10,837 nucleotides of DNA from a virus, in UHGV virus genome UHGV-0335500; one strand, written 5' to 3'. The translations under genes were made by a program, and so were the position numbers. How positions within the stretch are numbered: position 1 is the stretch's first letter; every line of letters starts with the position of its first letter. Of this stretch, positions 1 through 7,961 are shown piece by piece. The notes below the pieces were generated by a model that saw nothing but the letters and a program-made list of their open reading frames with translations, had not been told where the DNA came from and did not search any database.

Positions 1-58
1 CTGGCCTGTGAACCGGGTGGGTGCTCTGCTCCCGTGGCGGGTTACTCTGCCTGCCTGA

Positions 59-214
59 CCAGCTTCACTTCGTCAATACGGTTCTCACTGCACGCTTACG
101 GATAAATTTCCTTCAGCACAAATCATCATTGCTGCGGATAACGACCACAGCGAAGGAAGACAAAACACGGGGAGAATAGCAGCAGAAAAGGCAGCTTTAT
201 CTGTTTCTGGATGG
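59..214 (+). other. Upstream in-frame continuation of the primase reading frame (Toprim-like acidic motif), cut by a TGA at 56-58
   Basis: Manual translation of the frame of the 215 ORF upstream gives PASLRQYGSHCTLTDKFPSAQIIIAADNDHSEGRQNTGRIAAEKAALSVSGW, contiguous with the ORF. IIIAADNDHSEG resembles the Toprim DxD metal-binding motif. No ATG/GTG/TTG exists in this frame between the TGA at 56-58 and the GTG at 215. Confidence 0.5.
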
Positions 215-2080
215 GTGGCATTACCCCCGACAGATCACAAAGCAGACTGGAATGATTACCACCAAAAACACGGCATTAAATGCGCCACAGAAGCGTTCAA
301 TAAGTCAATGTACCAACCACAGGGTAATGGCGTGAAACAGGAGCCACAGACCATTGAGGGAAGCGATTTTAAGGTTATGGATACCGACCCACTGAAACCA
401 AGAATAGAAAGCCGCGAGGATGGTATTTATTGGGTATCTCCGAGAGCTGACAGCCAGAGTGGAGAAATCATCAATAACGAAAGCTGGTTATGTTCTCCGT
501 TAAGCGTTATCGGTACTGGCAGAGACGATAAAGACCAGTATCTCATTCTTCGCTGGCTGTCGTTTGGTTCTGAAACGCCGACAACCGCTGCCATTCCACT
601 GGCTGATATTGGTGAACGTGAAGGATGGCGCACACTTAAAGCTGGTGGGGTAAATGTCACGACCAAAAGCAGCCTCAGAGCAATACTGGCAGACTGGCTA
701 CAACGCAGTGGCTCTCGTGAATTGTGGCGTGTTGCTCATGCCACTGGCTGGCAATGCGGAGCGTACATCATGCCTGATGGGGAAATCATCGGAACACCTG
801 AAAATCCTGTGCTGTTCAGCGGGAGAAGCTCAGCCGCAGCCGGATATACCGTCTCAGGGAGCGCGAAAAGCTGGCGTGATAACGTGGCGCGTCTGGCCTT
901 TGGTAACTATTCAATGATGACCGGGATCGGCGCAGCACTGGCAGCGCCATTGATTGGGCTGGTGGGCGCTGACGGGTTCGGCATTCATTTCTATGAGCAG
1001 TCGAGCGCAGGTAAGACCACCACGGCAAACGTGGCGAGCAGCTTATACGGCAACCCTGATTTACTGCGGCTGACGTGGTACGGAACCGCGCTGGGGCTGG
1101 CAAATGAAGCCGCCGCCCACAATGACGGACTAATGCCGCTTGATGAAGTTGGTCAGGGCGCTGATCCTGTCAGTGTTTCACAGTCTGCCTATGCGTTATT
1201 TAACGGTGTAGGGAAACTGCAAGGCGCTAAAGATGGTGGAAACCGGGATCTAAAACGCTGGCGTACAGTGGCAATCAGCACCGGAGAAATGGATTTAGAA
1301 ACATTTATCGCTACTTCCGGGCGAAAAACCAAAGCCGGGCAACTGGTGCGACTGCTGAATATTCCGTTGAGTAAAGCAGTACGCTTTCACGATTACCAGA
1401 ACGGAAAACAGCACGCAGACGCACTGAAAGACGCTTACCAGCATCACCACGGCGCGTCCGGGCGTGAGTGGATTAAATGGCTGGCAGACCACCAGCAACA
1501 GGCTATTAAAACTGTTCGTGACTGCGAAAGCAGATGGAGAAGCCTGATCCCATCCGATTATGGTGAGCAGGTTCACCGTGTAGCCGCGCGATTTGCCATT
1601 CTGGAGGCCGCATTGTTGTTAGGCGAGGTTGTAACAGGCTGGGATGCTCAGACATGCCGTGATGCGATACAGCACAGCTATAACGCATGGTTGCGCGAGT
1701 TCGGCACAGGTAACAAAGAGCATCAGCAGATTATTGAACAAACGGAGGCATTTCTTAATGCCTATGGGCTTAGCCGTTTTGCACCATTTCCATACAGCCC
1801 GGCAGATTTGCCCATCAAAGATTTAGCCGGATACCGTCAGCGTGGAGAACATGACGAAAGCCCAATGATTTTCTACACATTCCCGGCCACATTTGAAAAG
1901 GAGATCGCATGTGGTTTCAACGCAAAACAGTTTGCTGAAGTGTTGAAAAAAGCCGGGATGCTAACCCCACCAAACAGCGGTCGTGGATACCAAAGAAAAT
2001 CACCACGTATTCAGGGACGACAAATAAACGTTTATGTACTCAATTACCAGCCAGGAGATTACAACTCATCTGAAGAATGA
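215..2080 (+). CDS. P4 alpha-like primase-helicase, C-terminal NTPase/helicase portion (D5_N / DUF927-type); gene looks 5'-disrupted or N-terminally truncated
   Basis: 621-aa ORF from GTG 215 to TGA 2078-2080. Walker A-like motif HFYEQSSAGKTTTANV sits at about 1007-1021. Overall architecture matches my recollection of P4 alpha-type primase-helicases, and the gene is followed immediately by iterons. Confidence 0.8.
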   Translation: MALPPTDHKADWNDYHQKHGIKCATEAFNKSMYQPQGNGVKQEPQTIEGSDFKVMDTDPLKPRIESREDGIYWVSPRADSQSGEIINNESWLCSPLSVIGTGRDDKDQYLILRWLSFGSETPTTAAIPLADIGEREGWRTLKAGGVNVTTKSSLRAILADWLQRSGSRELWRVAHATGWQCGAYIMPDGEIIGTPENPVLFSGRSSAAAGYTVSGSAKSWRDNVARLAFGNYSMMTGIGAALAAPLIGLVGADGFGIHFYEQSSAGKTTTANVASSLYGNPDLLRLTWYGTALGLANEAAAHNDGLMPLDEVGQGADPVSVSQSAYALFNGVGKLQGAKDGGNRDLKRWRTVAISTGEMDLETFIATSGRKTKAGQLVRLLNIPLSKAVRFHDYQNGKQHADALKDAYQHHHGASGREWIKWLADHQQQAIKTVRDCESRWRSLIPSDYGEQVHRVAARFAILEAALLLGEVVTGWDAQTCRDAIQHSYNAWLREFGTGNKEHQQIIEQTEAFLNAYGLSRFAPFPYSPADLPIKDLAGYRQRGEHDESPMIFYTFPATFEKEIACGFNAKQFAEVLKKAGMLTPPNSGRGYQRKSPRIQGRQINVYVLNYQPGDYNSSEE

Positions 2081-2096
2081 GCTTCTTCATGTGCGT

Positions 2097-2215
2097 AGAA
2101 AAGGTGTTGGTTCAGTTGGTTCAGTTGGTTCAATTTGTAAAGAGTATTGTTTTATAAGGATTTTATTCTTTTTATTGAACCAACACTGAACCAACAACAC
2201 GGCATTTTGAACCAA
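2097..2215. repeat. Iteron cluster A: 3 tight direct TTGGTTCA(G/A) repeats, AT-rich spacer, 3 inverted TGAACCAA repeats; ori/crr-like
   Basis: Direct 9-mers at 2107-2115, 2116-2124 and 2125-2133. AT-rich spacer 2134-2174. Inverted copies (C/T)TGAACCAA at 2175-2183, 2186-2194 and 2207-2215. Positions 2101-2144 are the exact reverse complement of 8601-8644. Lies 17 bp after the primase stop. Confidence 0.8.
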
Positions 2216-2315
2216 CACAACGTGACTGAATTGATGAGCACAACATCTGGCTGGCATTAGAGAGTGTTTTACGAAATCTGAACACCACATCACTGGTTTC
2301 AGTGGGAGATTGATG

Positions 2316-2771
2316 ATGAAGATAATCGCAAAGGCTTTTCATCATGTATTTGGCAAAGTATCCGATTTGCCATCTGTAATACCGATGAACAACAGAAGGG
2401 AGATGCTGCTTGATATGGTTGTGTTCCCATACATAGACCTTTCTGAACCAATGAAAGCAACTCTTTTCAGAAAGTATCTTGGCGACTTTAAACGCCGTTT
2501 TACAGGCGTTAACGGGATGGTTGATATCTGCTCCATCAGAGATATTGTTGAACTTGCAGGGATTAATTTGTGGGGAGAAGCGGCAGCAGCATACAAATGG
2601 CTTGAACGCCTGCACTGTGTTTCATTCAGTGACATGAGTGCTGATATCGCTTTAATGGTTCCTCACAAAATCAATATGGTCTTTGCTGGTGGCAATTACA
2701 CTTATCCATGGAACCAGGAACAAAGAGAGAACAGGAAAGCTCACGCCATGAAGAGTAATGCGACTCCATAA
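2316..2771 (+). CDS. Hypothetical protein (151 aa), stand-alone transcription unit
   Basis: ORF track 2310..2771. Shine-Dalgarno GGGAGA at 2304-2309 is best spaced for the ATG at 2316. An intrinsic terminator follows. No motif recognised. Confidence 0.6.
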   Translation: MKIIAKAFHHVFGKVSDLPSVIPMNNRREMLLDMVVFPYIDLSEPMKATLFRKYLGDFKRRFTGVNGMVDICSIRDIVELAGINLWGEAAAAYKWLERLHCVSFSDMSADIALMVPHKINMVFAGGNYTYPWNQEQRENRKAHAMKSNATP

Positions 2772-2823
2772 ATATAGTTTTTAGAGTCCATAAAAAAACT
2801 GTCAAAACCTGACATACAGAACG

Positions 2824-2856
2824 ATGCCACCAGCTACTGAACGGTGGCATTTTTTT
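2824..2856 (+). terminator. Rho-independent terminator after the 151-aa gene
   Basis: Stem ATGCCACC (2824-2831) pairs with GGTGGCAT (2843-2850), 11-nt loop, then a T run at 2851-2856. Just upstream, TGTCA-N5-TGACA (2801-2815) preceded by an A run could terminate on the opposite strand. Confidence 0.6.
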
Positions 2857-2887
2857 GTGCTATTTGTTTCATATTTTGCAATCACAA

Positions 2888-2918
2888 TGATGAATGTTGC
2901 GTTTTATGAAACTATAAT
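2888..2918 (+). promoter_or_regulatory. Putative sigma70 promoter for the 57-aa/489-aa/701-aa operon
   Basis: Perfect -10 TATAAT at 2913-2918. The -35 is weak (TGATGA/ATGAAT near 2888-2895). Located between the upstream terminator and the strong Shine-Dalgarno at 2941-2947. Confidence 0.35.
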
Positions 2919-2951
2919 GACTGTTGTTTTATACAGTTCTAAGGGGGCGTT

Positions 2952-3125
2952 ATGGCTATTTCAGTAAAGCCAGTATTGATAAGTGAGAAGCAAATGGAAG
3001 CGATAAAGAAAATTCAGGAGGAGCAGCGTAAAAAATCAGAGGTAGGAGTTGCGCCAACGATCCACGAAATTGCTCGGGGATTAATGGATAAGGCGCTGGC
3101 TTACACTTTAACTGGACGTGGGTAA
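2952..3125 (+). CDS. Small (57 aa) Lys/Glu-rich protein, possible ribbon-helix-helix DNA-binding protein; first gene of operon
   Basis: Not in the ORF track (under 60 aa). ATG 2952 is preceded by AAGGGGG at 2941-2947. Translation is MAISVKPVLISEKQMEAIKKIQEEQRKKSEVGVAPTIHEIARGLMDKALAYTLTGRG. The strand-helix-loop-helix pattern is by eye only. Stop TAA at 3123-3125 abuts the next start. Confidence 0.5.
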   Translation: MAISVKPVLISEKQMEAIKKIQEEQRKKSEVGVAPTIHEIARGLMDKALAYTLTGRG

Positions 3126-3129
3126 ATCA

Positions 3130-4596
3130 ATGGCTACGTGGCAACAGGGTATTAATTCTGGTGGTTTTCTGGCTGGCATCGGTACGCAAAATGAGAATGC
3201 GCCAAAGGCAAGCGACATTAACGCAACGCTTGGTCTGATCCGCGAAAACAATGAACTGGCTCGCTCAGGTGCAAATAACGTTGCTCTGACAGGTCTTCGT
3301 GGTCTGGCTGGCGTTGCTGATATTTATAAGCAGCAGCAACAGCAGGAGCGTAAAGCGGCATTCCAGAAAGGTTATGCAGATGCTTATGCGTCCGGTGACA
3401 GGGAGCAGATGCGTAATCTTATTACAGCATTCCCAGAAGAGTTTGAGGAAGTCCGTAAAGGGATGAGTTATGTCGATGATGCTCAAAGGGATGATTATGG
3501 CAATCTGGCGCTCAAAGCACAGGTAGCCTCATCGCTTGGTCAGGGCGCATTTGGCAGGTTCATGATGGATAATGAGCAGGAGATGCGTCGTTTAGGTATC
3601 CCTCCAGAAACTATTGCTGAAATGCAGGTTAATGACCCGCAGGGCTTCCAGCATTTCGCAGGTAATCTGGCGCTGTTTTCTCTCGGTCATGAGAAGTATT
3701 TCGATATCAAAGATCAAATGGAAGGTCGGGATATTGAGCGTGGCAAGTTGGCAGAGACAATCCGCAGCAATCAGGCTGGCGAAGCACTTCAGGCGAGAGG
3801 GCAGGATATTAGCCGAGCAAATGCGTTAACGTCAGCATATGCACCAACAGCAGCAATGCAGAATTACAATCAGTACGCTCAAATGTTAAAGGCGGATCCA
3901 GAGGGGGCGGCGGCATTTGCGGCAGCGGCTGGAATTAATACAAACGCCAAAAAATTAATGAGTGTTAGAGAAAACGATGATGGCACTGTCACAAAATACT
4001 ACACAGACGGAAGTGAAGAGCAGGGAAAACTAAACCAGCCAATATCTGGAGATGGGTTTCGTCCAATAGCTTTGCCAACAGCCCAAAAGATCATGGAAAA
4101 GTCGCCAGAAGGGGCTAAAAAAGCTGCTGGATTTGCATACAGGGTTAGGGATGCTCTTGATTCAATAGATACACTGAAAGACCAGCTTAGCCCACAGCGA
4201 GTGGCGATCATTAATAATGCTTTGGGTAATGGGACGCTGGCTAACTTAACGCTCAGCCCAACAGAACAGCAATACGTTGTTAATGCTAATGACGCAATAA
4301 TGGCAATACTCCGTCAGGAAACAGGGGCAGCCATCGTACCTGCTGAAATGTCAAAATATTATCAAATGTATTTCCCTCAGCCTGGCGACTCCACAAAAAC
4401 CATTGATACCAAGCGCCGGAAGATGGAAAACCAGTTCAATTCGCTGAAAGCTGCTTCTGGTCGAGCTTATGATGCTTTGCGGGTTATTTCAGCAGTTGAC
4501 AGAGGAACTTCTTCTTCGTCGCAGACATTGCCGCAATCTGAGCAGGTATCACAGCCAGCAGCCAGCAGTAACTTTTCTTCACTATGGGGTGATTAA
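3130..4596 (+). CDS. Hypothetical Ala/Gln-rich protein (about 489 aa), no recognisable catalytic motif
   Basis: Long ORF (track 3118..4596 from GTG; ATG 3130 preferred). Contains a poly-Gln run (KQQQQQERK) and is predicted to be largely helical and low-complexity. The stop overlaps the next start as TAATG at 4594-4598. Confidence 0.85.
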   Translation: MATWQQGINSGGFLAGIGTQNENAPKASDINATLGLIRENNELARSGANNVALTGLRGLAGVADIYKQQQQQERKAAFQKGYADAYASGDREQMRNLITAFPEEFEEVRKGMSYVDDAQRDDYGNLALKAQVASSLGQGAFGRFMMDNEQEMRRLGIPPETIAEMQVNDPQGFQHFAGNLALFSLGHEKYFDIKDQMEGRDIERGKLAETIRSNQAGEALQARGQDISRANALTSAYAPTAAMQNYNQYAQMLKADPEGAAAFAAAAGINTNAKKLMSVRENDDGTVTKYYTDGSEEQGKLNQPISGDGFRPIALPTAQKIMEKSPEGAKKAAGFAYRVRDALDSIDTLKDQLSPQRVAIINNALGNGTLANLTLSPTEQQYVVNANDAIMAILRQETGAAIVPAEMSKYYQMYFPQPGDSTKTIDTKRRKMENQFNSLKAASGRAYDALRVISAVDRGTSSSSQTLPQSEQVSQPAASSNFSSLWGD

Positions 4597-6701
4597 TGGC
4601 TAAAGCATGGAAAGATGTTATCGCCTCTCCACAGTATCAGGCGTTAGCACCAGAACAAAAAGCGCAGGCTCAGGAGCAATACTTCAATGAAGTCGTGGCC
4701 CCGCAAGCCGGAGAAAGTGTAGAGCAGGCTAAGCAGGCTTTTTATGCTGCCTATCCACTACCATCAACGAATGAAATAGACCGATCCCAATCAGCAACTC
4801 AAAATATTCAACATACATCATCTGATAATTCTCTTGCGTCAGGGTATGCAAAGTTAGCTACTCAGCAAAGAGAGGGGCTTGAGCGTTCAGCAGAACAGGG
4901 AGCCAGTCTTGGGGCTGCGATGCGCGATGCTATAACAGGCGAAAGCCGAATGACTCCAGAGATGGAGAGACTGCAAAATGTCGACCTTGCCCCAGAGTTA
5001 ACCTCACTCAGCATGGATGCTCTAAAAGCTCGATGGTCTCAACTTTTCGGCTCTGACGCATCTCAGGAAAAGATTCTTCAGAGCATGGGAGCGAAATTAA
5101 GGCAGGATGAGAAGGGTAACACTATCGTTTCCCTGCCATCCGGTGATTATGCTCTGAACAAGCCGGGTTTATCGCCGCAAGACGTGGCATCGTTTCTGGC
5201 TAATGCGCTGGCGTTTACACCAGCGGGCAGGGCTGGAACGGTGCTTGGTGCCATAGGAAAATCAGCAGCTACAGATTTAGCACTACAGGGAGCCACTAGC
5301 CTTGCTGGTGGAGAAGATATTGATCCGTTACAAACGGTAATTTCTGCTGGCATTGGTGGTATTGGTAAGGGGCTGGAAAATACAGCGAGTGCGGTTTCGA
5401 GGGCTGTTCGTGGTGATATGTCGCCTGAAGCAAAGGCTGCTGTCGACTTTGCATCGGAAAGAAATCTGCCGTTAATGACCAGTGACGTACTGAAAGATAA
5501 AAACACTGTGCAGAGTCTGGCCCAGAAAACAGGCGAAAAAATTCCTTTTTTTGGAACGGGTACGAACAGGCTGAATCAACAACAGGCTCGGGAAAATCTG
5601 GTCAGAACATATAACGATGGTCTGGGAGGCATTTCAGATAAACAGCTTTATGAGTCTGCTACTAAAGGGCAGCAAAAATTCATTGAGGCCGCAGGTAAGC
5701 GATATAACCGCATAATTGACGCTATGGGGGATACCCCTGTCGACCTATCAAACACGGTAAAAGCTATCGACAATCAGATTGCCGTGTTAAGCCGCCCGGG
5801 CAAATCTCAGGATAGAGCCGCGGTAAAAGTCTTGCAGCAATTTAAAGACGATATCACCAGCGGGCCAAATGACCTGCGTCTGGCGAGGGAAAACAGAACC
5901 GATCTTCGAAAGCGATTTATGGCGTCATCTGACACTGTTGATAAAGATACGCTCCAGAAAGCCAGCGATATTATCTACAAGGCATATACGGCGGATATGA
6001 AAAAAGCCGTAGCCAAAAATCTTGGAGCAGACGAAGCCATTAATATGGCAAGGGTTGATCGCTCATGGTCTAAATTCAATGACATGATGGGAAGAACGCG
6101 CGTTCAAAAGGCAATAGCCAGCGGCAAGGCCACGCCTGAGGATGTAACAAAACTCGTGTTTAGTCAAAGCCCATCAGAACGTTCTCAGCTTTACAGGCTT
6201 CTGGATGACAATGGTAGGCAAAACGCACGAGCAGCCATAGTTCAGAATGCTGTAGATAAGGCGACTGATCCGTCTGGAAATATCAGTGTTGAGAAGTTTA
6301 TTAATGCGTTACACCGGAACAGGAAGCAATCAGCAACTTTCTTTAAAGGCGTGCACGGAAAGGAACTGGACGGCATTATTAAATACCTCAACGATACCAG
6401 ACAGGCGGCAAAGGTTGACGGTCAGAAATTAAACAGCCAGAAACTTTATGGCCTGCTGGTTGGTGGAGGCGCTATAAATGCGGCAGTTCTGGCGGGGATG
6501 CTGAAAACGGCTGCGTTTGTTGTTCCTGCTGCTGGTGCTTTAGGCGGAGCAGCGAAGGCATACGAAAGCCCTGTTATACGAAATGCCTTATTACGTCTGG
6601 CAAATACGCCAAAAGGTAGCACAGCATATGACAGAGCGATCAGTACAGTCACACAATCACTGACCACAGCAGCACAAGCATCGCAAAAGGAAGCTCAATA
6701 A
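4596..6701 (+). CDS. Hypothetical large protein (701 aa) with glycine-zipper-like hydrophobic segments; possibly membrane-interacting
   Basis: ORF 4596..6701, translationally coupled to the upstream gene. Gly/Ala-rich hydrophobic stretches: TVLGAIGKSAATDLALQGATSLAGG, VISAGIGGIGKGL and C-terminal LYGLLVGGGAINAAVLAGMLKTAAFVVPAAGALGGAAKAY. No canonical Walker A or nuclease motif seen. Confidence 0.9.
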   Translation: MAKAWKDVIASPQYQALAPEQKAQAQEQYFNEVVAPQAGESVEQAKQAFYAAYPLPSTNEIDRSQSATQNIQHTSSDNSLASGYAKLATQQREGLERSAEQGASLGAAMRDAITGESRMTPEMERLQNVDLAPELTSLSMDALKARWSQLFGSDASQEKILQSMGAKLRQDEKGNTIVSLPSGDYALNKPGLSPQDVASFLANALAFTPAGRAGTVLGAIGKSAATDLALQGATSLAGGEDIDPLQTVISAGIGGIGKGLENTASAVSRAVRGDMSPEAKAAVDFASERNLPLMTSDVLKDKNTVQSLAQKTGEKIPFFGTGTNRLNQQQARENLVRTYNDGLGGISDKQLYESATKGQQKFIEAAGKRYNRIIDAMGDTPVDLSNTVKAIDNQIAVLSRPGKSQDRAAVKVLQQFKDDITSGPNDLRLARENRTDLRKRFMASSDTVDKDTLQKASDIIYKAYTADMKKAVAKNLGADEAINMARVDRSWSKFNDMMGRTRVQKAIASGKATPEDVTKLVFSQSPSERSQLYRLLDDNGRQNARAAIVQNAVDKATDPSGNISVEKFINALHRNRKQSATFFKGVHGKELDGIIKYLNDTRQAAKVDGQKLNSQKLYGLLVGGGAINAAVLAGMLKTAAFVVPAAGALGGAAKAYESPVIRNALLRLANTPKGSTAYDRAISTVTQSLTTAAQASQKEAQ

Positions 6702-6760
6702 CAGATGACCATGGATGGTTGGCTATAATAGTAATTAGTTTTTTCAAATAGTTATGAACA

Positions 6761-7159
6761 TTAACACTTGCCTTTAACATTGCCGACAAATGAGCCTGTA
6801 AATGAGCCTATATCAGATCGACTAATTGTTCGTGTATGGATCACTTTTCCGTCATTTGAGATTGCCCATGTGACAAGCGTCAGTTGACCATCTCGATAGC
6901 TTCTTCCCATCATGGCATTCGGAGATAGCGGGTAATAATCAATACCTCCACCTATACCATCTTTTGCCAAGATAAGATCCGCCTTCTCTTTACTTATTAC
7001 CAAATGAAAGGTATCTGGTATAGATGATAACTTATAGTTATACCCATCTGAACTTGAGGCTTCTTGTCCTTTCAGATCACCAATAATCCAGCATTCAGCG
7101 TTCGCTCCAAAAGAAGCAAATAATAAACCGGAGACAACCAATCGCTTCAATTGATTCAC
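6761..7159 (-). CDS. Small secreted (periplasmic) protein, about 132 aa with Sec signal peptide; unknown function
   Basis: Lies inside ORF-track 6761..7417 (minus). Preferred start is GTG at 7159-7157, preceded by a strong Shine-Dalgarno AAGGGAGGG. N-terminus MNQLKRLVVSGLLFASFGANA|ECW is a typical signal peptide with an AXA cleavage site. Mature part is about 111 aa with Cys near both ends. Convergent with the 701-aa gene. Confidence 0.65.
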   Translation of the reverse strand: MNQLKRLVVSGLLFASFGANAECWIIGDLKGQEASSSDGYNYKLSSIPDTFHLVISKEKADLILAKDGIGGGIDYYPLSPNAMMGRSYRDGQLTLVTWAISNDGKVIHTRTISRSDIGSFTGSFVGNVKGKC

Positions 7160-7239
7160 ACCAACCCTCCCTTTAGCGTTGTTTAGAATGGCAATCATCA
7201 TATATCCAAGACATGGCATTTGGTACATAGCTTGGGTCG

Positions 7240-7252
7240 GGATTTCAAATCC
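7240..7252. promoter_or_regulatory. 13-bp perfect palindrome GGATTTCAAATCC upstream of the secreted-protein gene; candidate operator
   Basis: Palindrome seen directly, about 80-95 bp upstream of the GTG at 7159 on the minus strand. Confidence 0.35.
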
Positions 7253-7343
7253 GCCCCCGTTGATGGGGTCGTTACAGTACGCGCATATCCGCTTTATGTG
7301 AAACAGGAAGATTTTTCTGATATCACTGCCACAGCAAAACACC

Positions 7344-7367
7344 AATTTCGTGACCAGTACGCGCGCG
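7344..7367. repeat. Dispersed 24-bp repeat, copy R2 (AATTTCGTGACCAGTACGCGCGCG)
   Basis: Shares AATTTC-N2-GA-N2-A-N-TACGCGCGCG with copies at 7631-7656 and 9240-9263. Shorter partial copies sit at 7275-7285 (ACAGTACGCGC) and 7405-7415 (GACCAGTACGC). Confidence 0.6.
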
Positions 7368-7630
7368 AGGGGTATCAGTTGCAAAAAATTTTGCAACTGC
7401 GTCCGACCAGTACGCACACGATGGCGGGGAGCACCATAAAACTGTTCTCTACATAAGACAGAGTGGTGGTGATGTGTTGATTATCGGCGTATATGCGCAC
7501 AGGACGCGCTATGACGATATTTTATGCGGGTACACCAATCACATGTATCTGGTGTGATCAATCGCGTTACATGACATCTCATGTTGTGCTGGTGATTATC
7601 ACGACGTTCTGAATCTGGCCTTTGCCTGAT

Positions 7631-7656
7631 ATTTTGCGACAAGTACGCGCGCGTAG
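7631..7656. repeat. Dispersed 24-bp repeat, copy R4, with perfect palindromic core GTACGCGCGCGTAC
   Basis: ATTTTGCGACAAGTACGCGCGCGTAG. The alternating CG core is self-complementary. Confidence 0.6.
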
Positions 7657-7681
7657 CATCGACAGCATACACATTGGATAT

Positions 7682-7882
7682 TCATTTTGTGACCAATGCG
7701 ATAAGTAGCGGGATAAGAATTGATAAAATCAACAGGACGATGATCCACTTTTGATTCTCGTCCATCTTATCTGCTAGGCGACGCTCCATTCCGTGCATAT
7801 CACCGCGAATGGCAATCATCTCATTGCGAACATCCGAGAAGTGGTTGGCTTGATGTTCAATGTGTGGCGTTCTGCCTTTCAT
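7682..7882 (-). CDS. Small tail-anchored membrane protein (66 aa); possibly XhlA/holin-like
   Basis: ATG at 7882-7880 preceded by Shine-Dalgarno GGTGAGGA. Translation MKGRTPHIEHQANHFSDVRNEMIAIRGDMHGMERRLADKMDENQKWIIVLLILSILIPLLIALVTK has a charged N-terminal part and one C-terminal transmembrane helix. Family assignment is from memory, low confidence. Confidence 0.55.
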   Translation of the reverse strand: MKGRTPHIEHQANHFSDVRNEMIAIRGDMHGMERRLADKMDENQKWIIVLLILSILIPLLIALVTK

Positions 7883-7961
7883 GTCTGATCCTCACCTATC
7901 GTCACCACCTGATGGTGTATAAAGGTATTAGCCCAAGCAGCTTTCCAATGGGCACTCATGT

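Noticed and set aside
2101-2215. Possible CRISPR array, because of the short repeated TTGGTTCA units
   Set aside because: Units are 9 bp, partly tandem with no spacers, and present in both orientations around an AT-rich core. That is iteron or origin architecture, not repeat-spacer architecture.
2087-2293. 68-aa minus-strand ORF
   Set aside because: It spans the iteron cluster; its EPTEPTEPT stretch is just the translated repeats. No ribosome-binding site; taken as spurious.
5240-5262. Walker A-like GAIGKS in the 701-aa protein
   Set aside because: Spacing does not fit GxxxxGK[ST] (the required upstream Gly is a Val), and no Walker B follows.
5147-5506. 119-aa minus-strand ORF inside the 701-aa gene, and other antisense ORFs inside the primase and 489-aa genes
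   Set aside because: Embedded antisense to long, well-supported ORFs, with no independent signals.
3130-6701. Naming the 489-aa and 701-aa proteins as podovirus ejection or internal virion proteins, from composition and similar sizes
   Set aside because: I cannot recall a real sequence match. Size and composition alone are not evidence, so it stays a hypothesis to test.
7231-7275. tRNA-like 3' fragment (GGGATTTCAAATCCGCCCCCG), as a possible attachment-site remnant
   Set aside because: It does not fit a T-arm (no GTTC-R-A-NYC) and has no acceptor stem or CCA context. Better explained as the GGATTTCAAATCC palindrome.
7220-7456. 78-aa plus-strand ORF
   Set aside because: TTG start with no Shine-Dalgarno, and it overlaps the palindromic operator and the dispersed repeat copies, which occur in different frames in other copies. 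The repeats are DNA-level elements, not coding.
7481-7672. 63-aa minus-strand ORF
   Set aside because: Cys/His/Arg-rich junk-like translation, no ribosome-binding site, overlaps repeat copy R4.
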